Virus record (IMG/VR): IMGVR_UViG_3300046820_002137
Coordinates: 32,001 to 96,000 of that record
Direction: 5' to 3' (one strand)
DNA length: 64,000 nt
From: a virus
The notes beneath the pieces are model-generated. The model searched no databases. It worked only from the letters and a program-made list of their open reading frames with translations, and was not told the origin of the DNA. Shown piece by piece: positions 18,906 to 29,600 of the stretch. How positions within the stretch are numbered: the first letter of the stretch is position 1; each line of letters starts with the position of its first letter. The translations under genes were made by a program, and so were the position numbers.

Positions 18906-21900
18906 TAATAACACAAAATATTAAAGTTTATACCGACATCTATTTTGATGTTAACACCAACTTTGTCAGTAGAACAACTCATGTCATAAATAATGACATC
19001 ATCGTTAGTTCCAAAATAATAACCATATCCTAAAGAATCTAAATTATTTAATGCAATATTAAGTGCGAAGTCCCACTCTCCAGTTGACGGTGAACTGAGT
19101 GGCCCTGTGTAACCAACACCATTATACGCCGGGTAAGAGACTACTTGTGCATTGTCTATTTGTATGATAACAAACCATTCGGAAGTTAGTGTGTTTAATT
19201 CACAACTATTTAACGAATAACCTATAGAGTTCAAGTACGAATTTAAGACCGAACCTAAAATTCCATCAAAGTCGGGTACTTGTGGATTATTACTAAATGG
19301 ATATCTTTGGCAGGTTACTGACGTGACAGCACATCCAACATCATAAATGTCAGTAGTCACAATACAAGGTCTGCAAGGTACAGGTACTAATTGACAACCA
19401 GCTTGTCTTCTCCATACAAATTTTTGTCTGTGAAATATAGAATTTTCATATCTAACACCTGTGTTCCATATTGTTGTTGCGGGTATCATTTGTTCAACCA
19501 GTCTAATCCAATAATCTCCAAGTCCATTAACATATTCCATCATATTTTGATACTTGAAGTTATTATTTTCTAATCCGGCTAGTTTTTGAGATTCTATATA
19601 TTTCCAATAAATCGACTGTAATGTCGGATATGCACTTGTTTTACCGTCGGTTTGGTATTGTCTATTTCTAACATTAATCATGTTTTTCCAAAAAGTTTGG
19701 GCAAACTCGAAAAATGTTTTTCTTTTTGGTTGTGGGTTAATTTGAGTCCAATCAACTCCCCCACGATATGGGTATTCTATTCTTGGGTTTGGATTACATC
19801 TAGTTGGTCTTGGTTCAAATAAACCTCTATTAGGTATTGGATAATTATATTGGGTTGACATATACCATACATCATACACAATTCCTTGTGCTGGATTTAG
19901 AAATAAATCAACATTTTTAGCATTTAATACTAATCTATCATCTTGTGTAGTATATCTCGCGTTAAAAGAACTATCTCTATTAATTCTTAAACCTATTTCA
20001 TTATCAACCCAGCTTTTATTGTTATCAACAACTGGTGATAAATTAAAACCTAAATTCATATATGGGAAATCCCTGAATCTATTCAAATATATTTGTCCAT
20101 ACGTGAATGGTGCCAACTCTGTTTGATAATTAGGATTAGACCCTGTAAAAACACTATTAGTTAAATCAAAAATTTCAGGCGACCTATGTGAAGGGGTTGA
20201 TTCAAACCAACCAGCACCCATTTGGAAATAATAGTCCTCGGTACTATCGGGAGCTAACGGAAACCCTTCATCATCTACAGGGTAATTATCTCTTACCAAA
20301 TCAACATCTTGTATTGATAATGCGGTAGTAAACCCTGTATATTTTACTCCGAATATTGAGAAGACATTTGTAGGGTCTAATTGTGGAGCTTCGGTAACAT
20401 ATGTTCCTCCTGATATCTGAGCGTAATACGTATTAAATTGTGATATGTTTATTTTTTGGTCAACCAAATAAATAAACTCATTAAACTCCACCAAAGCATC
20501 GGGAGCACCAATAAGTCTCATTAATATCTCAATTGACTTTCTTGTTCCCTTAGATTTAAACAAATAAGCAGAATTTAAAATTAAATTTCTATAATATTGA
20601 TAATTTAATTCATCTGGTGTTTTTTCAACACCTACACCTGAAAAAGAAGACTCGTTACTATTTTTTTCTCCAAAAACCGAACCTAAAAAGTCCTCATTAC
20701 TTATTGGTGATATGTTGGTTGTCCAACCTAATGTTTGAGCTAAATTTTTTAAAAGTTTTGATGGGATATCGTCTCCAACATTATAATTAACAGAATTCAT
20801 AAAGGCAAGAGCGTTTATGAATTTATTAACTTCATCAAAACTTCTACCATAAATCTGAAGAACTTTCTCCATTTTTTGACCTATGGTATCGAAATCTTTA
20901 TAAGAACCAGTAGTTAAGAATCTTGAAATTAAATTAGTCCTAAATGAATCAAAATATTCACTTATTTGGTTTAACTTTATTAAATATTGTTCGAATCCAT
21001 TTGACATAATATCAATGTTCCAAACACCATTCATTGGCCACGTTACACTCTCGGTAGAAATATAAAAACTTCCATCATCCGCCTCTTTAGGTACTCTAAA
21101 ATTAGAAGTATATATAGGGGTTCCATTTCTGTTAAGTAAAAAGTTTTCAACCTCGTCCAAATCATCACTATAAACTTTATTAACCTCCATATCATTTGGA
21201 CGTATAATTAAAGTGTCATAAGTTGTGGATGAACCTGAAAATGGATTACCGTTAACTGTTATAGTTAAAGTTCCTGTTGTTAAAGAATTAGTTGGTATTA
21301 TTTTTTTTAAAGAATAACCCGTTCCATTGTAGTACAAAGAATACTTCGAATATTCCGTTGTCATATTTCTTAACTCAGAAACCTCAATTTCTCTTAATTC
21401 AAGATTTCTAGTAGATGCCGTTGTAAAATCAATTCCAAATGGATTTCTGATTCTACTTATTGTTAAATTAAAAGTTGTTAAATCTTGAACAACGTCATAA
21501 ATAATATTTTGGGCCGTTGGACCATCTTTATAATTTAAACCAATTCTATTAGATTCAATACCCGCAGGGAAATAACTAATTATTTTGGTTACCGATGATG
21601 ATATCCTTTTCGCCATCGAACCAAACTGAACAAAATTAGTTACTTCAGATAAATCAAAATTAGGATATACTTTAAAATTATTTTCAAAAATAATTTTGGA
21701 TTGTTCTATCGAATAAACACCTAGATTCTCTAAATTAATTGGTTCTGAAAATACTCCAGTATAAAAAGTTCTATCAGATTTTTCAGTGATAGAGCTTGTA
21801 AAATTAAAATTCCCTTGCGTAAGTCCTCCCCCTTGGACTAGTTGAAATCCAACTAAATCATCCGAAAACGTTCCCGCTCCTGATGCCGGTGTAGGTGGGC

Positions 21901-21925
21901 AAATGAATTTTTTTTGTGTCGCCAT
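18905..21925 (-). CDS. Baseplate wedge protein (T4 gp7 / P2 gpI-like)
   Basis: LLKNLAQTLGW…YLFKSKGTRKSIEILMRLIG, the KGT motif of gpI/gp7 wedge proteins; lies downstream of the gp6-like gene. Confidence 0.6.
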   Translation of the reverse strand: MATQKKFICPPTPASGAGTFSDDLVGFQLVQGGGLTQGNFNFTSSITEKSDRTFYTGVFSEPINLENLGVYSIEQSKIIFENNFKVYPNFDLSEVTNFVQFGSMAKRISSSVTKIISYFPAGIESNRIGLNYKDGPTAQNIIYDVVQDLTTFNLTISRIRNPFGIDFTTASTRNLELREIEVSELRNMTTEYSKYSLYYNGTGYSLKKIIPTNSLTTGTLTITVNGNPFSGSSTTYDTLIIRPNDMEVNKVYSDDLDEVENFLLNRNGTPIYTSNFRVPKEADDGSFYISTESVTWPMNGVWNIDIMSNGFEQYLIKLNQISEYFDSFRTNLISRFLTTGSYKDFDTIGQKMEKVLQIYGRSFDEVNKFINALAFMNSVNYNVGDDIPSKLLKNLAQTLGWTTNISPISNEDFLGSVFGEKNSNESSFSGVGVEKTPDELNYQYYRNLILNSAYLFKSKGTRKSIEILMRLIGAPDALVEFNEFIYLVDQKINISQFNTYYAQISGGTYVTEAPQLDPTNVFSIFGVKYTGFTTALSIQDVDLVRDNYPVDDEGFPLAPDSTEDYYFQMGAGWFESTPSHRSPEIFDLTNSVFTGSNPNYQTELAPFTYGQIYLNRFRDFPYMNLGFNLSPVVDNNKSWVDNEIGLRINRDSSFNARYTTQDDRLVLNAKNVDLFLNPAQGIVYDVWYMSTQYNYPIPNRGLFEPRPTRCNPNPRIEYPYRGGVDWTQINPQPKRKTFFEFAQTFWKNMINVRNRQYQTDGKTSAYPTLQSIYWKYIESQKLAGLENNNFKYQNMMEYVNGLGDYWIRLVEQMIPATTIWNTGVRYENSIFHRQKFVWRRQAGCQLVPVPCRPCIVTTDIYDVGCAVTSVTCQRYPFSNNPQVPDFDGILGSVLNSYLNSIGYSLNSCELNTLTSEWFVIIQIDNAQVVSYPAYNGVGYTGPLSSPSTGEWDFALNIALNNLDSLGYGYYFGTNDDVIIYDMSCSTDKVGVNIKIDVGINFNILCY

Positions 21926-22833
21926 TAAGATGTTATATTAGTGAAGTTTTTACTGAAATCGATATTATTACCTCTATCTTGTCTAACTTCAAATAATAAG
22001 TTATTAAATTGGTCTCTAATTTCGTATAAGTTATATTGTTTGTAAATGTTATTTTGAGTATCGTACATTGTGTAAATACCGTCATCAATAGCCTTGGTTT
22101 GATTACCGAACAGAGCGATTGCCATTGTTGAGAAATCGTGCTCAGCCATTTCAATGTCCAATGTTATTGGATTAAAAAACGTATTTGTAATTATTATATT
22201 TTGATTAGGTTGTCCAATATATGGAACCGCATTTGGTTTGTTTGAAGGTGATGATGATGGTGATAATGTACAGAAAACAATATTGGTATTATTATCAGTA
22301 TAACGATATCTTATGGCCTTTGCCGAAGTATTTGTTAAGTTTTGTACGACAGGTTCACAAAAGAAACTAGAGGTAATTATTCTAAAAAAATTAGGTATTT
22401 TACTACCGTCAGAATTTAAATATTCAACTCTAAATCCTACAAGTCCTTGTGTTACAAATTTGTTTCGATACTCAGAAGGAACCGAGTTTAAATCAATGAC
22501 TATCCCTCTAACATTAGGTAAGGACGATAAAACACCACAATCTAATATTGTAGTTCTAATCTGTGCAGGTCTAATATATAGTGTATAGATACCGATTCTA
22601 TTAAAGGTATCTACAGGTAATTTTAAATTATATAAACCACCTAAAATTTCAACATCTGCATTACCACCGGTATTTGCGTTATTGAAATAAGGTCTAAGTA
22701 AAGCCGCCGCATCTAACTTTGTCAATAAAAAATTACTAGTATCATCTCTAGATGGTGTATAATTTAATATGATTTCTACGTCCTCTGGTGAAACATCCGC
22801 CGGTCTTATTGTTCCATATGTACCTGTTGCCAT
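21925..22833 (-). CDS. Hypothetical structural protein (baseplate cluster)
   Basis: 302-aa beta-rich ORF, coupled (TAATG) to the wedge gene and preceded by the TATTTAT motif. Confidence 0.6.
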   Translation of the reverse strand: MATGTYGTIRPADVSPEDVEIILNYTPSRDDTSNFLLTKLDAAALLRPYFNNANTGGNADVEILGGLYNLKLPVDTFNRIGIYTLYIRPAQIRTTILDCGVLSSLPNVRGIVIDLNSVPSEYRNKFVTQGLVGFRVEYLNSDGSKIPNFFRIITSSFFCEPVVQNLTNTSAKAIRYRYTDNNTNIVFCTLSPSSSPSNKPNAVPYIGQPNQNIIITNTFFNPITLDIEMAEHDFSTMAIALFGNQTKAIDDGIYTMYDTQNNIYKQYNLYEIRDQFNNLLFEVRQDRGNNIDFSKNFTNITS

Positions 22834-22879
22834 TGTTTAAAAATAATTTGATTTTATTATAAATACCTTTTATTGTATT

Positions 22880-24061
22880 TTATGTGGATACAATATTGAA
22901 AAATCCATATCCATAATTCTCTAAATCCCCCACGTTATTAACCTCTCCAAGTCTTTGTATTCTTTCTAGCGCCGAGTTCTTACCTCTTTCAATAAAGACA
23001 TTAGAATAAACTTCGGTATCAAAAACAACGTTCATTAAAACTTCGTTTTTAGTAACTGCACTACATTCTAAATCAGTACATCCTGAAGAAGAAATTACAA
23101 ATATTGTTGTTCCATCATTGTAATCATAATAATCTATGTCATTAACGGTATAGGCTGTATAAGGTAATGAAGGATTTGGACTGTAAACAATTCCTATGGA
23201 CCCTGACGAACCAGTAACTAAAACGTTTGGTTTAAATTTACCGTCACCAATTCTTGTTGGGTCTCCTTTTCTTCCCCATTGTACTAAATCATTCAAAGAC
23301 GATTTAGTATAACCTGTTATTATAAATGGAATTGTGGTGAATTGGCAACATGGTACCGTAGTTTCACACACCGCATCTCCTGAAAAAATAAAGTCATATT
23401 GTAGTGGTGTTGTCGACCAACTTCCTCCTTGTGGGGTAAAAAATGCAGTCCCATTAGGATTTGTTGCTACTATATCAACATATGGTACAGTTATTTCTTT
23501 AACTATTACGTTGTATCCCCATGGACTTAATCCTGACATAGTAATTGTGTAAGTACCACTTGAAGAATATGTATGTTGGTAATAGTTCGGTGAAAATGAT
23601 GTCACTGTTTGAACCCCTGTTCCGTCACCCCAATCAACATAATAATTAGAAAACTCTAAATATTTTTTAAATTCTACGTCAGAGGTATTAAAGAAAAATA
23701 TATCAAATGGACTTGAGGTCTCTGCGGTGAATATAAAATTCATCATAGTATCTTTCTGAGTCACAGCACCATCGAATACAGAATAGTATCCTATATCAAC
23801 AGCGTTTTGACTTAAAAACACAGGTATTGACAAGTCACTTAATAAAGAGTCCCCGTTAGTTCCTCCTGACAGGATTTGAGTCATCGATGAATATACGTAA
23901 GTGTTTGCGGTAGTATTTACTGTTCTTGGGTCAGGTGGTAATATGCAGCATGGGTCAATCTCTCCATTAACCAAATATGTATTATCAATAAATGGTATTG
24001 GGAATAAATCATTCCTGACATTTTCAGGTGATATTCGTATGTAATATGACCTATCTTGCAT
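22880..24061 (-). CDS. Structural protein with a PKD/Ig-like domain
   Basis: VDWGDG…HTYSSSGTYTITM PKD signature. Confidence 0.7.
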   Translation of the reverse strand: MQDRSYYIRISPENVRNDLFPIPFIDNTYLVNGEIDPCCILPPDPRTVNTTANTYVYSSMTQILSGGTNGDSLLSDLSIPVFLSQNAVDIGYYSVFDGAVTQKDTMMNFIFTAETSSPFDIFFFNTSDVEFKKYLEFSNYYVDWGDGTGVQTVTSFSPNYYQHTYSSSGTYTITMSGLSPWGYNVIVKEITVPYVDIVATNPNGTAFFTPQGGSWSTTPLQYDFIFSGDAVCETTVPCCQFTTIPFIITGYTKSSLNDLVQWGRKGDPTRIGDGKFKPNVLVTGSSGSIGIVYSPNPSLPYTAYTVNDIDYYDYNDGTTIFVISSSGCTDLECSAVTKNEVLMNVVFDTEVYSNVFIERGKNSALERIQRLGEVNNVGDLENYGYGFFNIVST

Positions 24062-24876
24062 TATTGTGGCGGATTTACATATTCATACCAATTTATGGGT
24101 GTTCCTATTCCTTCTCTATTACCAGTTAAAATATCATATATTTTATAGGTGTATGTTGAATAATCTAATTCTATTTTTTTATAAAAATAAGTTTCGGGTG
24201 GAAATAAATATTTTTCAGGTAATGTTCCTTGTGGTGTTGTCATCATTTTTATGAAATCACCATTCTTAGCATCAAAAAATTTAGCCGTCATGTAGAAGGT
24301 ATCTAGATTAATTACGTTCCGGTCTCTTAACCAATAAATAAAAAAACCTTCTTTTTTGCCAATATAATCTAATGGATATTCGGGGATTGTAATATCCACA
24401 TTACTAACAACCGGAGATATAGTAACATTTTCACTTCTTGGTCCATCTGATGATAATATAATTGTAAAATAATTTTTTTGAGTTGTGGTTATTGTAGTGT
24501 CATAAAAATCCAATTTAAAGAATGACTTTTTAAATTGTTTGGTTTGATAGTACACTTCGAAAGCCCCTAAAGTAGCCGCAGTAAAACTACAAACCCAATC
24601 AGATGCCGACGACCCAGGGACATCAACATCCGATAATGTAAAAAAATTAAACTTATATACAATTTCACTTAAATTAATTAATGGTGGAATATCATAATAA
24701 TCATGACCAAATCTAACAATTTCATAGTCTTTAGGTGAACCGATAATTTCCTCAACCACCTCGTCTTCATAAATTTCAATACTATCATTTCGGCCATGAA
24801 AATCCCATTTAATCTCGATAGGTATATCAATAGATTGGTCTGTTTTTGGTAATATGAATCTATAATTATTATTCAC
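24061..24876 (-). CDS. Hypothetical structural protein
   Basis: 271-aa aromatic-rich ORF that overlaps both neighbours in the baseplate operon. Confidence 0.6.
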   Translation of the reverse strand: MNNNYRFILPKTDQSIDIPIEIKWDFHGRNDSIEIYEDEVVEEIIGSPKDYEIVRFGHDYYDIPPLINLSEIVYKFNFFTLSDVDVPGSSASDWVCSFTAATLGAFEVYYQTKQFKKSFFKLDFYDTTITTTQKNYFTIILSSDGPRSENVTISPVVSNVDITIPEYPLDYIGKKEGFFIYWLRDRNVINLDTFYMTAKFFDAKNGDFIKMMTTPQGTLPEKYLFPPETYFYKKIELDYSTYTYKIYDILTGNREGIGTPINWYEYVNPPQ

Positions 24877-26662
24877 AGGGGTCTATAAATGGGTCTTCTA
24901 CATCATTAAATAGTTTATAGTTAGTTCCTTCAGGTATTAATTTAAAAATTAAATTTTTAAATGGATGATGTTTTCCATTCAAAAATGGTTGGTCTACTCC
25001 GATTCCGTTGGAATCTATGTAACCATATGAATACAGGTCTCTCCAAACAAAGGTATTTCTATTCTCAGAAAATGTTGCATAGTTAGGAATATCAACAACA
25101 TTTCTTGGGTCACCTTCCTCTAAATAATCTGAAAAAGCCCTAATTGGTATAGAATATAACGGTTGATAGAAATAACCCGGATTAAACTGAAATCCGTTGT
25201 CATTTTGCAACACACATGAAAAATTATTATTATTAAACTTAATTTTGTGATATCTATGTGAAATTACTCTTTCGGTTTGTTCATAATCATTCCATTCACA
25301 TAGGTCACCGTCTATAGTATCACCACTAACAAGAGGATTTGTATATATAAAATCGAATGGAGCCCCACCGGCGTTATTAACATATGGATATGGATTTAAA
25401 TTATTATAAGTTGTTGTATTTAAATATGTGTTAGAGTTTGGGGATGCCCACCATGTTGATGGTACCCCTGCCATTGGAACTAATGGTAGGTTAAAGTCAA
25501 ACCCCCATCTTAACCCCTCAGTCCACCCCATATATCCTTTCCAAATTACAGTTACGAATAATTCAGATACCGGTCTTTTTTGATTGTCTATTAATTTATT
25601 TAAATCAAAATCTTTATTAAAACTCAACGTATAAGTATCAGAACCTTCTTTCAAAGAAATTCTACCAACATTATTTGGGGTTCTTGCAGGATATTCATAC
25701 TTTTTTTCATTTTTGAATGGATTAGTTTCAAATCCTGAATTTACTAAAACAATATCTTCAGGATTATTCAAAATAATGTGTTTTCTTATATAATATTTGG
25801 ACTTGGATTCTACAGGTGCATTTTGTAAAATAACTCTTTTTGCAGTACCTTGTACTCCTGGATTGAATGTACCTCCTAAAAACCCAACATTAATTATGTT
25901 AAATATATATAAATCACTTTCGTAAGTTCCATCACCTAAAGAATAAACTTGGAATAAATTGTTACCTAAATAATCAAAACTTAATTCCACAAATTCACCA
26001 ACATTAAACCCATGCTTTACAGGACATACAAATGTAATTAACCTCCTACCGCTTAAAGTCGTGTCTCTTATATAAAAAGGTATTCCGTCAGCCACGTCCC
26101 AATTTAAATTATGAACAGTAGTACCATCATAAAGAATGGCGTTTAATGCTTCATTAACAATATTTTCATAAGGATAACTTATATAAAAACTCCAATTATA
26201 AGATGATGCACTTTTAGCTTGTAATATTTGATGATATTCAGGTGGCGTTCCTGAATCAGGTGCCGTGTAACCTAAAAAATTATAATCAGTTCGAATAAAA
26301 CTAAACTCATCGTACCCAGGAAATCCAGCCCATAAAGTTGGTGATGTGCCTCCCGTACATTGTATTTGAGCATCAATATTTCCATTAACATAATACAAAC
26401 TATTTATAAATGGTTCATATGCACTTACACCTGTGTATGAATTTTTAAATATAAAAGTAAGTTTAGACGCTGGTCTAAAAGTTGTGGATTTTTGTCTTTC
26501 TCTATCAAAAACAATTTGTAAATCAATATCAACACTTCTATCGTATTCCGTTAGTTCTTTAACAGTTTGTACAAAAGGTACCTTGATTGAAAAATCAACG
26601 TCAACGGCACTTTTATATCTCAAAGAACCTAATAAAAGTCTGATTTCTTGTTGATTACCCAT
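24869..26662 (-). CDS. Hypothetical structural protein
   Basis: 597-aa ORF with a TAATG overlap with the upstream gene, in the baseplate operon. Confidence 0.6.
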   Translation of the reverse strand: MGNQQEIRLLLGSLRYKSAVDVDFSIKVPFVQTVKELTEYDRSVDIDLQIVFDRERQKSTTFRPASKLTFIFKNSYTGVSAYEPFINSLYYVNGNIDAQIQCTGGTSPTLWAGFPGYDEFSFIRTDYNFLGYTAPDSGTPPEYHQILQAKSASSYNWSFYISYPYENIVNEALNAILYDGTTVHNLNWDVADGIPFYIRDTTLSGRRLITFVCPVKHGFNVGEFVELSFDYLGNNLFQVYSLGDGTYESDLYIFNIINVGFLGGTFNPGVQGTAKRVILQNAPVESKSKYYIRKHIILNNPEDIVLVNSGFETNPFKNEKKYEYPARTPNNVGRISLKEGSDTYTLSFNKDFDLNKLIDNQKRPVSELFVTVIWKGYMGWTEGLRWGFDFNLPLVPMAGVPSTWWASPNSNTYLNTTTYNNLNPYPYVNNAGGAPFDFIYTNPLVSGDTIDGDLCEWNDYEQTERVISHRYHKIKFNNNNFSCVLQNDNGFQFNPGYFYQPLYSIPIRAFSDYLEEGDPRNVVDIPNYATFSENRNTFVWRDLYSYGYIDSNGIGVDQPFLNGKHHPFKNLIFKLIPEGTNYKLFNDVEDPFIDPCE

Positions 26663-29600
26663 TAAAATTCATAAACATCAGTTTTTATCCACTTAACCAA
26701 AAATCTATCGTAAGCAGTTTTACCTAAGCTTATACCAAAGTAAAAATAATAGGGACCAGATGATGTAAAAGTTCGGTTACTATTACCTGGTGGTAATGGA
26801 GGTTCTGGGTCAATTTCTCCGGCCGGATTTACGTTGAATATATAGGCTTTATTATAAGTATACAGAGTCGGGTTTTCGGGATGCATAAAATCCGAATCCG
26901 GGGAAGATGCACCTAATCTGTCAAATTCTTGATAATACGAATCAAAAAATACGGGAGATGGGTCAGTGGCCCAATCATTATCTTGGTCACCAAAAATACT
27001 ATCGTCATCTGAATTTTGTTTTATTATCCACTGATAAATTGGAACTCTTTGTGAAAATATTGGTATGTCATTGTATACACATGGATTTGACAAATCACCT
27101 GTTGGGGTAACAACCAATCTATGAGGTGAAATCCAATCTCTTAATTGAACTTCTTCTTTATAGAATATTCCAAAAACGTTATTTCTAGCACCTGAGGAGT
27201 TTAAAAAAACCGAACTAGTAGGTACAATTGGAATTGAGTTTGGTTCAGAACCATAGTATTCGTCAGGGTCAAATTCTTTAATCCCTATTTGTGAGTTTAT
27301 GGCAACCATTTGAGCGTAGTCACCATCGACTTTTTTAAACCCTCTATCATTAAATAACCTTTGAATCATGTCGGTAGCGACCCCTGCAGCCCCGCCACCT
27401 AATATAGCCGCAAATTGTTCTAAAATTAAACCCGCAATACTCCTACTAAGTAATCTAGACAAGAAAAATTGACTTATTAATTCTGAAACATCTTTAAACG
27501 AGGTATGATATAAACGATTCATAACGTATCCATCGTATCTCGGGTCCAAAACCAATTCACTAGTATATTTGGTTCTAGGTCCCATATCCAAAATTGTAGT
27601 TGGATTTTGTAACAATTTAACATTTGCACCAGATGAGTCCTCGAATTCAATATCAAATGGACCAAATCCAAATGCGTTTGTTTTTCCAACAAATCCGGTT
27701 GGGTGTCTGTATGGTGAAGACCTGTAATATAATACATTGGTTTCGTAATCAGGAAATACTAACTGATTACAAGAACAAATATATGGTGAATTCTCAGGTG
27801 GTGGTGTAAATCTTACTTGATTCCTTACTGGATACATAAATAATGTTCCGTTTATCCACTGATTAGTAAACATATGTCCAAATACGTTTCTACAGGCCGC
27901 AAAATTCAATTTAATTCTAGCGGACCACTCAAACACCAAATAGAAATCTAAAGGGATTGTTAACATGGGGGCGGTTACCAATTTATAACATCCGTTTTCG
28001 ACTATTAGGTCTCTTTGTGGAGGACTTATACTAATATTACCTAAATTAACAACATTTCGATAACAATCGTTATTAGTGTCAGGTTCTAATATTATCATAC
28101 CATCACTATCGGTACTATAACATCGTAAAGGTGCTAATCCCGCACAATCCAAAGATTCCGCAACATTGTTAGGTAACGCCGGATTATTTTGTAATTCTGT
28201 CAAGTTGTCCGCAGCAGCACCAGCGTCTCCTGTTCCGGGTGGGGATGACGCTGAGGATACTAATCCATTATCATTAACAGTGTTAACTGCTAATAAATTA
28301 TTCGCCATTAAAGGATAACTAATTTCTATATAATGCCCTGTGGGTGTACTTGTACCATCACAATATAACATAGTACTTGACATAAATAATCTGTCCGACC
28401 TCATTACAATCCTTTCTGAATTATCAAAAATCATGTCCTCAATAAACGCAGGGTCATTGTTATATGGAACACAGTAATATGCCGAAAAAGGTGGACTAGC
28501 CTCAAATCCATTAGACCAATTATATATCGGTGGGGTATTGAATACAAAAGTAGTGGCATCAAATGGTGAGTATGACGCCGCTAATCTAGAGTCATTAGTA
28601 TAAACATATGAACCTCCTTCAACTATTTCATTAAGAAAATACCCCTTACAAGCTCTACCATTTGTGGTTGTATTATAAAATAAACCATTATTAGAAAATA
28701 AATCACCTGTAGTGTAAACGTCAGGTGCTATTGATGGGTAGGAATTGGAGCCACCATAAGGTCGATAGAAAGGAGAAATTGGTAACGGTTCAACCGAATT
28801 CCAAAAATCTCTAGTCATCCTATTATTACTTATAATTCTCAAAGTACCACTAGGTCCTAAAGTCTCAACAGCAGGGGGCCATCCGTCAATAGTATTTGTA
28901 TAATATGTAGAATCCATTCTTGAGTAAGTTGTTGTAGCACTAGATGTGAATGTTTGAAATAAACTAGGGTCTAAGGATAGTTCATATGATGGATGAAACA
29001 AATATTCACCAGGTGTATACACATCAGCACTACCATTAGAACCTAAATGTCTAACACACTTAAATCCTCCTTGGATTGGTATATTTAATTTAAAATTATC
29101 TTCAACAATATAAAATGGGTCGGCAGCCCATGCGGAATTAAAATCGGTGTCAACCCCGTACAATCTACTAATATCAAATCGGCATCTTTGTCTTGTTGAG
29201 TATGGGTCAACCCCTCTTACTAAAAAAATTAATTTCTGTAATGAAAAATCTTTAAGACAAGTAAAACCTAAGTTACCACTAGCACCGTACGTAGTGAACG
29301 GAAAGACCCAAGTAGGGGGATAATCGAACGGGGGAATTGGGGGAATTGTAAACGGATAACTATTATCCACACCGGCAACATCCGTTCTAAAAAGATACTG
29401 GAATGTGGTCATATCACTATTCATTACTCGGTTATATAGTGTTCCAGGAAAAGGGTTACCCACCGCTTGAGCTCTCGCCATATATTCTCCAACAGTTGTG
29501 TTGTGAATAACTTGGAAGTATTCAACATCCATTTGAAATTTAGCATAATTATTGTTAGTTCTTGCAGTCAAGTTATAGTAAGTTGGATTATTACCAGTAC